Positions 26,903 to 41,467 are shown, counted from the stretch's first letter. The stretch is 64,000 nt of DNA from Octopus vulgaris (GCA_951406725.2 OX597814.1:19034001-19098000), one strand, 5' to 3'. The notes: a model not told the origin generated them from the sequence alone. A program made the numbers and translations.

Positions 26903-28019
26903 GAATGAGTAAATGGGAAAAGGTTAAAATTGGATAAATTACTGTTATCTCTATGATCAAGAGATACATATATCTACATATATTTGTGTATATTGTGCAC
27001 GTGTGTGTGTGTTTGTGTGTAAAGGTATGTGTGTTAGTGTCTCTATTTAAATGTGTGTATGTTTATAATGTGTGCCTGCGTGTGCACACGCGCGTGTGTG
27101 TGTGTGTATGTGAGTCAGAATAATTCCATGAGATCTTGGCTTCAATATTAAATTAGCAATATTGCCGTAAGCTTACGCCAAATATCACGTTAACAAATTA
27201 CGTGATACGCCCGAGATTTCTGTCTCTGCCGTTTTAAGGCAATAAAAGTACGCTGTTTGGTTCTTCTCTTAAATCCCATATGCTCTTCAAGTGATTTAAA
27301 AATTCATAGATTAGCAAACAGCCGGTAATTACAAACACAGTGATATAAACATCGATTTCTAAATGCTCAGCTTTCAGCAAAGAAACTAAATGAATGAAAC
27401 GAACTATTTAAACAGACTCTTAGAAAATCTCTAAGGCTTTTTCAAACTGTAAATCAAACTGACGCATAAATTGTAGAGCATTGCAGCGTTTATAAAAGCG
27501 ACTAGGCCTTTATTCGTTCAGATATATACGTGTAATCAGATAGCGTGTGTACATCGAAATACATACACCCACCACATACACACACATACATACACACACA
27601 CAGAGACATAGATGCACAAACTTACGCATATATTTCTATTTTTCTATTCCAAATTGCAAATATATAACGTTTAATACTGCTTGTGCACACAGGCGAACGC
27701 ATGGACGCACATACACATGCTTACGCATGCGTACGCACACAGAACTAAAGGAATACAAATACATATAAAGCAACTCGTTCACATATTGATGTTTCTTCTT
27801 ACATCAAGATATATATAAAAATAAATTCACACTAAACTGAAGGATTTCTCATTACTACTTAGAGTACATTTTTTTATTAAATTTTGCAAGGAAAAGGTTG
27901 ACAGAGTAAGAGAGAGAGAGAGAGATATGTGTAAAAATTGGTCTGAGTACGTAGAGATATATGTGCATTTGTATGTACATAAACGTGCATAATATATGCA
28001 TATTCATTTGTTCAGACAC

Positions 28020-28662
<643 letters not shown>

Positions 28663-28830
28663 AACCGTTGACAGAACATCGTAAATTATACTTTCTTTAT
28701 TGTTCCGATTCTCTGGGTCTAGATTCAAATCCCAACGAGATCAACTTTGAATTTCTTTCACCAATTAACAACGAGATAAGTTCCCAATCAATTTTTATTT
28801 TATGCTTAGAGGATTCGAAAGTGTTATTAA

Positions 28831-28858
28831 GACGTTTCGGGCATTTTTTCTTCTTCAG
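28831..28858 (-). ncRNA. Decayed hammerhead core
   Basis: Minus strand CUGAAGA-agaaaaaaugccc-GAAAC-GUC. Core and ACGU palindrome are intact; stems I and II do not pair. Confidence 0.4.
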
Positions 28859-29117
28859 AAATGAATGTACAATGGTGAAAACGATAAAATTATAAGGAGA
28901 AATATCGGATTAAATAGGAGTGTGATTCTTCTGCATATGAGAGTAATCCACGCGCCAATGCAAACATGTGTGCGTTAGAGACTGTGACTATGTTTGTGTG
29001 TATATCCCTGTCGTACATTTATTATGTACAAGTTACGAACGAAAATATTCCGTGCACATTTATCTCTACATATCTACATTCAGATAAAGTACACGAACGG
29101 TCTAATTAACAAATATA

Positions 29118-30011
29118 CGCGGGGGTACCCAATGAAACCGGAAATTTGCAATATTATTTTATTCGCTTAGATTTACATGTTTACACTTTTATCGCCATCA
29201 GAGTATTCTCCATTTGAAGCAATGCATCGATCCAGAGGCGTTTTCCACCGTTGAAAGCAGTGCTAGAACTCTTGCGAAATAATGCCTTTTAACGCCTCCG
29301 TTTAAAGGCTTTAATCTTCCACGTCTGCAAATTCCGTAACACCAGCTTTCGTTACCATTGATAACCTTGGATAAACAAGGTGCGGATCAGATTCCAACTG
29401 TTCTTTCAGTTCACGAGACGCATTCAGTCATGAATGCTTTTCATCTTCCGTGAGCAAGCGAGGCACAACCTTTGTTGTAATTCTTTTCATTCGCAATTCC
29501 GCGCTCAAAATTCGTTGGCAGGAATTCCAGGACACACCAATCCTATCAACAAGTTCGTCAATTTTTCAATGACGGTCTTCCAAGAACATTTCATGAATTT
29601 TCATGATGTTTTCATTCGTTCGGAAGGTCGACAGGCGTCCTGAACAAGGTCGGTCTTCAAGTGACAAGTGAACAATCCTAAAACGTGGAAACCACTCGTA
29701 AACTTGACGTTTTGTTCATGGCAGAGTCCGTGTAAGCGGTTTGAAGCGTGACATCTGTTTCGTTCGCCGTTGTCCCCAGCAGAAAACAGAATTTCAAGGA
29801 AGCACGGTGTTGCTTCGTTTCAGTCACCAAAAAATCGATGAACAAAGAAGCACTGTAAAACAAAGACGTACCACGTGACAGTACGATTCAACCCGAGGAT
29901 GTCGGACGGCAGGCTGATGCCTGAGTGTCGCATTAAGTGTCGTCTAGTGGTGGATGCCTAAACTGCAATGGGTTTGTCCCACAGATATTTCTGGTTACTT
30001 TTGGGTACCTG
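29118..30011 (-). mobile_element. Internally deleted, decayed mariner
   Basis: TIR-like GGTACCCAATGAAACCGGAAAT vs ATTTCTGGTTACTTTTGGGTACC with TA flanks. QHRASLKFCFLLGTTANET..LQTAY N-terminal HTH. Confidence 0.85.
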
Positions 30012-32094
30012 TATATATAACTTACGCTAAAAATTTTCATAAGAAGCGATATTGTGTTTTCCATACAATATCATTCACTTTCTTATTGAAATTAGCAATT
30101 GAAATAACTCGCTTTTTACCGAAAGCCTTATGCTACATACGAAACATGGATAAAATACAGGATGTAACTCTACTTTACCATTCTATAGACATTATAACCG
30201 ATTCATGAGGAGACACTACTGGACAGCAACATTCATTAGAGGCCAAAACTTGACAGAAAGTAAATTGTTTTTGTGCGTCAATGGAAAATGGACTATTAAA
30301 GCCGAATGCCGAATAATTGTAATACTAACTGACATGACAATTATCATATTTTTCTCTACGAAAGCGAGTAACAAAACACGCGGGAGAGTGTCATTATATA
30401 CACCATGGAAAAAAATTGTAAAATCATAGTCAATCTGTTTTCTGAAGAAATTCATTCTTTGGTCAGTTTTGATTTGCTTTTCGATGTATATACAACGTAG
30501 ATGAGACAGTGGCCCAGTGACGATACGAACTTTGTTCGATATTCTGAGTGAAAGAAATCGATGACTTGTGAGACAGAGGTTGCAGGTGTTAAGAATGGAA
30601 AAGTATCCTCAAGGAATTTGAATCGTTTTAAGATATGATGCTTGTAATAATGTTAGTACTGATGAGGCCTATAAATGCTTCTGAAATCTTAAATGAGTTG
30701 TTGAGGATAACTGATCTTGGTTTGAGTGGGTAGTTGTATATTATGGCACGTAAATGATGGAATTCGCACGCATACTCGCACATGCAAGAACATTGTAATC
30801 CATCTCCGATGATACCTTTCGAAGGTGTCAAGAGATAAATTTCCAAAAGAAATTTAAGCGATCAATCACAAAAGACTAATTTTGAGAACTGAAGAGGGAG
30901 AAGTAGTACGTAATAGCTATTTGATATTGAGACTGCAGATAAGTTCAACAGATAGAATTCTGTGAATTCTATGACAGATTTTACCGAAGTAATCAGAAAT
31001 CTTTCTTACAGACCTATAATTCTTTTAGCTCCCCAAGTAAATGAGAAATTGGAACAGATAAAAGGCTGTTATTGTAGCTGAGAAGAGGTTATTTCACTCA
31101 ACATCAGTGAACTTAAGTTCAATAGCCATTTACCGAATTGCAGGATAGTGAAATGTAATTTCTATCCCCAAATATAAATGAGAAATTTGAACAGTTAAAT
31201 TCAACTACTTTGAACGAATAACAAGAAATTTAGATTTCAATTTGCAAAATTAGTAGAAAATGTATTTCTTTCGGTCATTCATCCACTTTACATTGCATTT
31301 TTCTCCCCAACACCTATATTGCTATCAATACGTTGTTGTCTCTTACAGTATAAAGAAGGTATTTTTACATATAATTACACTATCAACCTAGTTTGAAATG
31401 ACTATTTTTCGTAACTCTATATTGAATTATACGCTTTCATCTACTTCTTGTGCGATGTTGTTTAAGATTCCGATGGCTCTGTTAATTCTTTTCCATTGAC
31501 TGGGATCAAACAATCTTTATTTCTAACAACCTTAACCTCCATACGACCATTCGAAACTCAATTAAAAATAAAACAGTAGTTTTAAAACTGAATCGATGTT
31601 AAAATTGCACACATATATTTCAATGTGACGCTTACAGCTTGTGAGTTACTGCAACCGTCTTAGACCGCCGAGCCACTGTGGTCAAACTTCCAAGTGTAGA
31701 GAGTAGGAACGAGTTGCACGGACTGACTTTAATTTTAAAACTACTAAGTGCAAGCAGGAAGAGAAACCTTGTAGCGATGGAGGAGAAACTGGACAGTAAA
31801 TGCAGATGCAGCCTTAATTCCGCATGCAGGGACTCCAGCAGGGCACACTGTACGCCAGAGTCAATGCCAAAGTCGTTCAAGGATTGGCTTACATAGCCAC
31901 TTGAGATATTGCTTCTCCTTCTCAAGTTCTCCGGGCACGAAGAATCGCCATCATATATGTGCGTGTGTGTGTGTGTGCATGAGTGCGTGTGTGTATTTAG
32001 ATATAGAGAATAATATTTGTAAGTATTTGATAAATTTATTCATACGTTGCATTATATAAAAACACTTCGATGTATGAATATTCACACACATAAG

Positions 32095-32300
32095 AGCGGT
32101 GAGCTAGCAATAAGGTTAGCATACTCGAAAAAGGCTTAGCGGTATTGCTCCCATTTTTATGGTCTCAGTCCATATTTCACTGAGGTCAGCTTAGCTTTTC
32201 ATCCTTTCTGGACCGATAAAATAAGTACCAGTTGAGTACTGGGGTTGATGTAATTCAGCCCCTACCCAGAAATTACTGGCTTTGCGGCAAATTTCGAAAC
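32095..32300 (+). mobile_element. Degenerate SINE family 1
   Basis: GCGGTGAGCTAGC..GTTAGCA, TTTCATCCTTTC..CGATAAAATAAGTACCAG. Confidence 0.7.
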
Positions 32301-32640
32301 AGATATTTACACACACATACTCATATGCATATATATATATATATATACACACACACATACATTTGTGCATACATGCGTACATACATGTGTGTGTGTATGT
32401 GTGTGTGAACGTGTATGAGTGAGCATGGGTGTGCCAGTTTTGGTTGATGTAATTCAGCCCCTACCCAGAAATTACTGGCTTTGCGGCAAATTTCGAAACA
32501 GATATTTACACACACATACTCATATGCATATATATATATATATATACACACACACATACATTTGTGCATACATGCGTACATACATGTGTGTGTGTATGTG
32601 TGTGTTGATGTGTATGAGTGAGCATGGGTGTGCCAGCTTT
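32243..32640. repeat. Recent 199-bp tandem duplication
   Basis: TAATTCAGCCCCTACCCAGAAATTACTGG at 32251 and 32450; internal microsatellites nearly identical. Confidence 0.92.
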
Positions 32641-32654
32641 GGATGGCTTACGAA

Positions 32655-32870
32655 AATAATGGTTTTAAATTTTGTCACAAGGCCAGCAAGATCCGAAGAC
32701 TGGCTAAGTCGATCGTTTCGACTCCAGTAATCACTCAACTGGTACTTACTTTACCGACACCGAAAGGATATCAGGCAAAGTCGATTTCAGCTGAATTTGA
32801 ACTCAGTACGTAAAGACGGACGAAATACTGCTAAACATTTTCGGCGACGTGCTAACGATTCTACCAGTTT
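32655..32870 (-). mobile_element. Degenerate SINE family 1, head-to-head with the following array
   Basis: CTGGTACTTA, GGCAAAGTCGA, GAATTTGAACTCAG, GCTAACGATTCT. Confidence 0.75.
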
Positions 32871-32879
32871 ATGGCTTAC

Positions 32880-33490
32880 TGGCAGAAACGAGCTGGCAGA
32901 AACGTTAGCGCGCCAGACGAAATGCTTAGCGGTATTTCGTCTACCGTTACGTTCTGAGTTCAAATTCCGCCGAGGTCGACTTTGCCTTTCATCCTCTCGG
33001 TGTCGACAAATTAAGTATCATTTACGCACTGGGGTCGATGTAATCGACTTAATCCGTTTGTCTGTCAGTGTTTGTCCCCTCTGTGTGTAGCCCCTTGTGG
33101 GTAGTAAAGAAATAGGTATTTCGTCTGCCATTACTTTGAGTTCAAATTCCTCCGAGGTCAACTTTGCTTTTCATCTTTTCTGGGTCGATAAATTAAGTAT
33201 CATTTACACGCTGGGGTCGATGTGATCGACTTAAACCGTTTGTCTGTCCTTCTTTGTCCTCTTTGTGTTTAGCCCCTTGTGGGTAGTAAAGAAATAGGTA
33301 TTTCGTCCGCCGTTACGTTCTGAGTTCAAATTCCACCGAGGTCAACTTTGCTTCTCATCCTTTCGGCGTCTATTAAATAAGTATCAGTTACGCACTGGGG
33401 TCGATGTAATCGACTTAATCCGTTTGTCTTAATCCGTTTGTCCTTCATTGTCCTCTTTGCGTTTAGCCCCTTGTGGGTAGTAAAGAAATA
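32880..33490 (+). mobile_element. SINE family 1 tandem trimer (one head, three bodies)
   Basis: Units start with GGTATTTCGTC at 32931, 33115 and 33297; each ends GCCCCTTGTGGGTAGTAAAGAAATA. Confidence 0.92.
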
Positions 33491-35044
33491 GAAATAATGA
33501 ATAAATTTCTTTCTGTCCCAGTATGCCTCCTATTTTTAGTTCTTTGTGTTTGGGTGCTATGTTCGATGCTTCGCTGATTGTGCGGATGTTTGTATTAAGA
33601 TTGTCTTTGCACTTACGTTTAAGTATTTCCCATCCTACTCCTTTTACGTATGATTTTATTTAAATGAATTTTATTTAAAGTATCTTCAACTAAAACTTAT
33701 CCTAGAACTCTGCGGTGTTTTTTCTTCCTTTCCAAAAGTACTTTTTGTCTGATCCCCTTGAATAATATCTATTTTAAAAAACCAGTTTTTTGGGGGGTTT
33801 TTTGGCTTTTTTTTTCTTTTTAGGGAATACGATTATCTACCCTTAATGTAATTATTTTGCGTTCCGGTTCTTACTCGAAGCACCTGTTTCCAGAAACATA
33901 AGACTGTACCATTTTTTTTAGCTACCCAAACAGTAACTCGAAACTTCTGAACTCTTAATACGTTTTTAATAGATTTTCCCATTCTTTTATAAAACATATA
34001 CATTCCTGATGACATTCAAATTTTCTTCTTTCCTCCCAGTGCTTTTTTGCTTAGCAAAATATTCTCGGAAATATTTCCTTTCTGAACATTGCTTCAGCTA
34101 CCATCTTTTTTACTCTTTTCAATTTTTTCACTTTCTTTTTCCTTTTTGCATATTTTCAAGACATGTGTCCTTTCAAAATAGAATTCTTCTGCATATATCT
34201 CTGTAGCTCACATCCTTATTCGGCATCCATATTTCATTTGTCCATCCCTTAACGCCCGAATTCATATTAAACTGTTTTCCCTTAAGAATGGGGTTCAATG
34301 ATACACTAGTTTTAATCTAAGCTACTTCCGAAACCTAACTTCTTAATCACTCTTTCGATCCCTACATCCACTTTTTTTTTACCTTAACTTCTTTCCTTTC
34401 TAATACCTCATTTCCAGGCAGATTTTCAATCATTAGATCATAATTGTGTGTGTGTGTGTGTTTGTGATGTAATATTGAGTCTGCATGCACAGTACTTATG
34501 GTATAATTCCAATCCATGACTGTAAAACTGTTGTTTGGGACCTACAATATACCGCCTAGCTTAGCTTGCCAGGAATGAATATTCGTTGGAAGGCGATAGA
34601 AACTGGATCCATACATGGAAAACGCTGCAGAGTCACACTCTCCTAACAAGCTGAGGAGCTTCACTGATATCATTTTGTGCCTGATCTTCATCTAGCACTC
34701 AGTAATAGGTTTGTAATAATTACCAGTAACGTTATTTGAAATACAGGACATACTTTGTCGAGTGCTCTCGCCCAAAATGTACTTCACTTATGTACAAACC
34801 AGTTAAAAGCAAAAACTGATAATTTAAAATATTGTACAGTTGGCAAGAGTTTTTATCAGCGAGAACTGCCATCTCCAAAACGAACTGCAGCTGCAAGTGG
34901 TTCCTTAGGCAACAAGCTAATAGCTGGAATATTATGTTCGCCAAAATTAATTACTCTAGGCTCCATATAAAAATAATTATACAATGTTTAAGAAATTAGC
35001 GACATTTGATTCTCACGGATTAATTGTTCTGTTCTTTTGTGATT

Positions 35045-35365
35045 CTGATGACTCAGTGTTTACAGCGTCGGGCTAACGATCATGAGATAGTAAGTTCGAT
35101 TCCTGGACCGGGTTGTGAGTCTTGTTCTTCAGCAAGACACTTTATTTCACGTTGCTCCAGTTTACGCATCAGCAAAAATGAGTTGCGACATCACTGGTGC
35201 CAAGCTGTATCTCTGTTTGACTTTCCCTTCGATAACATCGGTGGCGTGGAGAGGGGAGGCTGGTATGCATGAGAAACCGATGATCTTCCATAAACAACGT
35301 TGTCCGCACTTGTGCCTTGCAGGGGAACTTTCTAAATGAAATCCCATGGTCATTCATGATAGAAG
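35045..35365 (+). mobile_element. Older tRNA-headed SINE
   Basis: AGTTCGATTCCTGGACCGGG box B, then CAGCAAGACACTTTATTTCACGTTGCTCCAG. Confidence 0.65.
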
Positions 35366-35904
35366 GGGCAGGAGGATTCTTTACCCTTCACCCTGGTGAA
35401 ACTGGCAAATTTTTTTTAAATGAAATTTTGCTGAAACGTTTCTGCACACTGCTTTTTGCAATGATCTCATGTGGAATTGTCCTCAAGTGGCAGGACTGAT
35501 CCTTCTGCTCTTAAGTGTAACTCAACCTGTGATACGTTGATAGTCCTGAAGCAATACAAGCAAAAAACAGAACTGGAGAAGCATTGGTGCAGATACAATT
35601 CAAAAATAATATCTCAGAAAATGTAATTTCCTACTCTCGATCTTACCTTATAAAATATTAAGGGTAGACACTAGGAAACAAGAGTATAGTTAGAATCTTA
35701 ATTCTTCCGGATTTCAAGAAAACACTGTCAGTCATCGCAAAAAGTTACACCTATTGATGCTGAAAGTATGCCTAAATATACTGTGAAAGTAAAAGAAAAA
35801 AAATTACCCCTTCTATGAACCTGCCAGTTATACTTAACGAACTTGTCCCAGAAGCCTAGTCTGAAAAATTTTACTTCAGCTGGGGGTAACTGAAATGTGC
35901 CTGC

Positions 35905-36115
35905 TGACATTGGCTTCAAATTCTGGCACAAGACCAGCACATTTGGGGGTACGGGGTAAGTCGTACCACTGCTCATCTGGTACTTAGTTTATCGACCAAG
36001 AAAGGATGAAAGGCAAAGTCGACCTCGGGGGAATTTCAATTCAGAGCGTAAAGTCGGACGAAATACGGATAAGCATCTTCATCAGTGTGGTAATGATTCT
36101 TTCATCTCGCAGCTT
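35905..36115 (-). mobile_element. Degenerate SINE family 1
   Basis: CTGGTACTTAGTTTATCGACC..AAAGGATGAAAGGCAAAGTCGACCTCGG. Confidence 0.78.
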
Positions 36116-36147
36116 TACCGCCACTTGACAGTGAGAAAGGGAATACA

Positions 36148-36350
36148 CTTTTATTTGTTTCCAGTCATTTGACTGTGGCCATGCTGGAGCACCGCCTTTA
36201 GTCAAACAAATCGACCCCAGGACTTATTCTATCGGTCTCTTTTGCCGAACCGCTAAGTTACGGAGACGTAATCACACCAGCATCGGTTGTCAAACGATGT
36301 TAGTGGGACAAACACAAACACAAACATATACACACACATATATAATACAT
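36148..36350 (-). mobile_element. 3' part of SINE family 3
   Basis: CAGTCATTTGACTGTGGCCATGCTGGAGCACCGCC, TTTTGCCGAACCGCTAAG. Confidence 0.82.
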
Positions 36351-36357
36351 ACATATA

Positions 36358-36497
36358 TAACGGGAAGCTTTATGAAAATAAACAAAAGACGAAGGCAGGT
36401 GGAATACAAACAAACAATTGTATTAATATGGCGCTCAGGAATATAAATAAAACAAGTCTTTTACGTTTCAAGCCTACGCTCTTCAACAGAAAGATGC

Positions 36498-36500
<3 letters not shown>
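36358..36500 (-). mobile_element. Family A element with hammerhead at 36457-36494
   Basis: Minus strand UCUUU-CUGUUGA-A-GAGC-guag-GCUU-GAAAC-GUA-AAAGA; flanked by (TA)-rich tracts. Confidence 0.82.
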
Positions 36501-36559
<59 letters not shown>

Positions 36560-36799
36560 GGGTAAAATATGAAAAATCAACGAAAATGCATATTGCAAAT
36601 AAAAAAAATGGCTATTTATGACAGGTAACGACAAATATATACATTTAGATTCACTGAGGTAGTAATACGAGTCATAAAAGTCATTATTATGAGATGATTA
36701 TAAGAGAAAAAAACGGACCATGGTTTACGCAAAGCTATTCATCGTTTGAAAACCACCGGCTGATACACGGTGTCAGGTCTATATTTTTGTAACATGTTT

Positions 36800-36986
36800 C
36801 TACTATATATATATATCTATATACGACGAGCTTCTTTCAGTTTCTGTCTACCAAATCCACTCACAAGGCTTTGGTCGGCCCGAAGCTATGGTAGAAGACA
36901 CTCGCCCAAGGTGTCATGTAGTGGGACTGAACCCGGAACTATGTGATTCGTAAGAAGCTACTTACCACGCAGCTACTCCTACTCCT
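36800..36986 (-). mobile_element. 5' part of SINE family 3
   Basis: CTTCTTTCAGTTTC..CCAAATCCACTCACAAGGC..GGGACTGAACCCGGAAC. Confidence 0.85.
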
Positions 36987-37049
36987 AAAGTTATTTATCA
37001 CACAGCCACCATCTTCAAAATACCTCACAAAAGGCTATTATCTTATTAT

Positions 37050-37580
37050 TTCACAAAATTAGAAAAAAGCCCGAATGGCTTTCTGAATGTACCATTCTGG
37101 CTCACAAATATGTCCTTGAGTTGTATATTATGCTACCGATATTTGACAGGTGCCATTCTAATCCCGATTGTACAAGATAATGTAGTTAACAATACCCACA
37201 CTGCCAACTAGCTTACCTAGTTTCTTAGTTCTCTTCAGCCCTCCACTAGCCCTACTCACAATCTACAACTAAAAGTGTGAGCATTCATTATATTGCTATG
37301 AAATTTTACGCACCAAGCCTCTGAAACTCTGTCAGACCAGCTGTCAACATACTTATGTTGCATGTGATCGAAGCCACTATTGTGAATGGTTGAGTCAAGA
37401 GTAATGTTCCCCTCCTACGCTTTCTCTTCATTTCTTCAGATGTGCAATTTCACTTCAAATGCATTCAGTTTTTAGTGACACTATCTTTCCGTGACCAACA
37501 AATCTCATGAATAGTGTATCTGAGTTACTGACGTTGATCTGACAAATTTTTATTTCTTTCCTGATCAGCTTTCCTGGCCA
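37050..37580 (+). pseudogene. Decayed Helitron PIF1-like helicase fragment
   Basis: Frame-jumping translation FLSSLQPS..PTHNLQLKV*AFIILL*N, VIEATIVNG, ISSDVQFHFKCIQF, TNKSHE, VTDVDL..DQL, matching the Helitron RepHel C-terminal motif series. Confidence 0.8.
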
Positions 37581-37685
37581 AGCAAACGTATTTTCATCTG
37601 GGAAACAGTCCCCAAGAGAAAATTGTCAGTCTCCTCCAGCTCTCTTCCTTTATAAAACACGTTTGAGTTAGAACTGCTTCGTATA

Positions 37686-38214
37686 TACTCTTTATATGTT
37701 TCGGTCATTTGACTGTGGCCATGCTGGAGCAACGCCTTTAGTCGAGCAAATCGACCCTAGGACTTATTCTTTGTAAGCCTAATCTTATTCTATCGGCCTC
37801 TTTTGCCGAATCGCTAAGTTACTGGGAGATAAACACATCGGCATCGGTTGTCAAGCGATGTTAGGGGGACAAACACAGACACACAAATATATACACACAC
37901 ATACATATATGGTCTCCTCGCTTAGCCAGCGGGGTGGCGTCATTCGAAGGCTAAAACAATGCGAACGCATTGTGACCAGCGATGTGTAACTACATCTGAT
38001 GGACTGGTCGGTCACGTGACGTGATCATATACATATATATATAGTTATATACGAGGGCTTCTTTTAGTTTCCGTCTACCAAATCCACTCACAAGGCTTTG
38101 ATCGGTCCAAGGCTATAGTAGAAGACACTTGCCCAAGGTGCCACGCAGTGGGACTGAACCCAGAATCATTTGGTTCGTAAGCAAGCTACTTACCACACAG
38201 CCTCTCCTACGCCT
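37686..38214 (-). mobile_element. SINE family 3, full length, with a nested insert at ~37911-38026
   Basis: Reverse complement of 24164-24564. The insert GCTTAGCCAGCGGGGTGGCGTCATTCGAAGGCTAAAACAATG matches the tail of the SINE at 16703-16750. Confidence 0.88.
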
Positions 38215-38428
38215 TGCATAGGATTAGGAACTGAATGTTGCATTTGGATTAGGAACTAAAAGAAAATATATAGAGTAGGACATAAAGCTGGTGTTTTCTT
38301 AAAGTATGGAATAAAAATTACCAATATTAACACACTTCAAAACTTCAAGCATCACACTTTCGGAGAAAATTCATCTTTACTCATGACTGTATTAAATTAA
38401 AACACACAGACACATACATGTATGTATG

Positions 38429-38484
<56 letters not shown>

Positions 38485-38490
<6 letters not shown>

Positions 38491-38720
38491 TTTAACAATA
38501 TTAAGGGTAAATGTTTTAAATTTTCCTTTGATTTCTGAATTACTACTATTTAGCGGTTTGAGTTTGGCTGCTCTTTCTAGTGAGTCGAATGGCCAATCAG
38601 GGCCATTCCTTAATATTGTTAAAATTATATATATATAGTCTGTGACTATTTTCTCTTTCTCACTGGACCGCTGGTGGCGAAAAAAATTTCTATTGCATTT
38701 TTTGCTACCCTTATATTGAT
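38485..38720 (+). mobile_element. pLTR-like fragment related to 10850-11060, between (TA)n tracts
   Basis: GGTAAATGTTTTAAATTTTC..TTAGCGGTTTGAG..CTGCTCTTTCTAG shared with 10857-10935. Confidence 0.6.
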
Positions 38721-39147
38721 TAATATATATATATATATATATATATAATAAATACATATATAAGCAAATATTACGCAGGAACTGCCCTACATAGCTATCT
38801 TTGGAGTTAACTCATACGAGTTTCAGTGTGCATATACACACAAAAGTCAACTCTCCTTTCAGCTGTCATATCGTGAAAGTTCTGCTTGGTCAAGAAAGGA
38901 GGATAGAGTGGGTGTACAGGTTCCAAAAATGATTGAGTAAAAACATTGTATATTCTGATAAATTGCTACTGTCGTTTGCCAATGACGGCCATATACACAC
39001 ACATGCATGTATAGATTTATATGTGTGTGTGTGTGTGTCTGTGTGTGTGTGTGTATGTGTGTGTACACAGTATATACATATATATATACTTTTATGCATG
39101 CATACATACATGCGTATATATACTTATATGTATATACGTTTACATAT

Positions 39148-39261
<114 letters not shown>

Positions 39262-39338
39262 ATGCATATATATACACTCATACATACATGCACATATCTA
39301 CATGGATGCAGAAAATTTTAGAGATGCATATGTTTTTA

Positions 39339-39374
<36 letters not shown>

Positions 39375-39416
39375 TTTATGTATACACACAGACATATATA
39401 TATATGCATGTATCTA

Positions 39417-39453
<37 letters not shown>

Positions 39454-40074
39454 GTACATCTATGCTCACTCTCCACCTATATACACACGCACGTTCACAT
39501 ACATCAAACACGAAGATATGTAACATTCAGTCAGAGACAAATATTCCTATGTTCGTTGACTTGCTGTATATAAAATATTGCACTGGTAGCAGTCTTACGG
39601 ATAAGTAAAAAAGAAAAAAAAATGAGAAGAAAAAAGCAAGAAAGAAATAAAACAAAAACAAGCATATCATACAAACAAACAAATAACTATATACATATAT
39701 ATATATACATATAAATAGACAAATAGATCGCGATACAAAGAACCTCCTTCGACGCCAGTCTGTATGAAGGTGTAGAAAATTGCTAGAGCGTTCGACCGTA
39801 AAGCACTGTAAAATGTAGTTTTATACAGATTCAAAGAACACTGATAGTGTTGCTGTGGTGGATGCTGGTGTTGATAATGGTAGGGGGTAGATATGCAGTA
39901 TTTTGTATAGTATGTGTCGCCGTTTGCATTGGAACGTCTACTCGCGAGATTCTAGATAAAACATTATTTACAAGCCAACAACGGGTCCTTCTACCTATTC
40001 TCTGATCGTTGTGCAGAATAGGAACCACGCACGTTTCAGTTCTTTCGCAGCTGTCTTTGGAGGTACAGATTAAG

Positions 40075-40785
40075 CGCAGACAATGGTAGTGTGGTTAAGG
40101 ATCTCGCTTTGCAGCCATGGGGTTCCGGGTTCAGTTCCACCAAGTGGAAATTTGGCAGATATCTTCTACTACAGCACCCCGGCCGACCAATGTTCTACAA
40201 GTGTATTTGATGGACACAGAGACTTTGTGGAAGCCTGTTGTGCGAGCGCAGTGTTTTGTCGTTTGTTCCTTCTCGAGCCACGCCTGGCTCATAAGGGCCG
40301 GTTTCCCAGTTTCCTTGGCGTAGAGGTTCCCCACCTGGATGGGACACCAGTCCGTAGCAGATGAGCTGCACGATGCAGGAGGAAAGAGTGAGAGAAAGTT
40401 GTGGCGAAAGAGTCAGCAGAAGTTCGCCGTTACCTTCTACAGGACAGGAGCTGCGTGGAGCTTAGGTGTTTCGCTCATAAACACACACATCGCCCGGTCT
40501 GAGATTCGAACCCGCGATCCCTCGACCGAGAGTCCGCTGCTCTAACCCCTAGGCCTCCACTCGCGCGCGCAGTGTGTATGTGTGTGTGTGTGGCTGTCGG
40601 TGTCTGCACGCGTGCGTGCTTGACAGAAGGCGTTCGTTTGTTTGCTTTCTAACGGTTCGGAAAATGACTGATAAAATAAATACCAGACTTTAAATAATAA
40701 ATACTCCGTTTGGATTCTTCGACTAAAACACTTCAAGGCAGTGCCTCAGAATGGCTGCTGTCCAATGACTGAAGCAAGTAAATGA
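40075..40785 (+). mobile_element. Degenerate SINE family 3 split by a family 2 SINE (minus strand, ~40255-40558)
   Basis: Head GTGTGGTTAAG..GGTTCCGGGTTCAGTTCCAC at 40089-40140; tail at ~40620-40785; the insert matches 23781-24075. Confidence 0.75.
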
Positions 40786-41262
40786 ACGATGAAAGATCAG
40801 GCTATGTAGTTGCTGACGGTGAAATGGACGAATTGATTGTGGATGTCTCACCTACGCTTGTTAGGTCAAAGCTGATCTGGAAGTACACTCCATGACTGCC
40901 GCTATTTCAATCAACTACGACGCTCTACAACATCCAAGATGCACCATAAACGACAAAGATTTCAAAATTTCCACTGAAGCAACAGATTTACAGAACTGGA
41001 ATGTTTATGGAATAAAATTTAATAGAGCCGTAGGAGTGGCTGTGTGGTAAGTAGCTTGCTTAGGAACTACATGGTTCCGGGTTCAGTCCCACACCCACAT
41101 ACATAGACACGTACAAAGAAATTTTATGTGGGTCTGAAATAAATAATTAAAACCTACTTATCTTGCCTTTGTACACTTACCTATATCTGTGAGAATGTGT
41201 GCAGGTAGATATATATACATACATAATATATATGCACATATATATACACATGTATACATATA

Positions 41263-41426
41263 TAGGTGCAGGAGTGGCTGTGTGGTAAGAAGCTTGCTTC
41301 GCAAGCACATGGTTCCGGGTTCAATCCCACCAGGTGGCAACCTGGGCATGTGTCTTCTAGTATAGCCTCGGGTCGACCAAATCCTTGTGAACGAATTTGG
41401 TAGACGGAAACTGAAAGAAGACCGTC

Positions 41427-41467
<41 letters not shown>

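Noticed and set aside
30655-30695. CTGATGAGGCC..GAAATC
   Set aside because: Stems I, II and III do not pair convincingly; at most a heavily decayed motif.
32880-33490. CRISPR-like periodicity in the SINE and GAAA arrays
   Set aside because: Eukaryotic context; units repeat in full with no unique spacers.
33500-34430. Purine-skewed minus-strand segment that may be a LINE ORF1 relic
   Set aside because: No motif I can identify; it needs BLASTX/HMMER.
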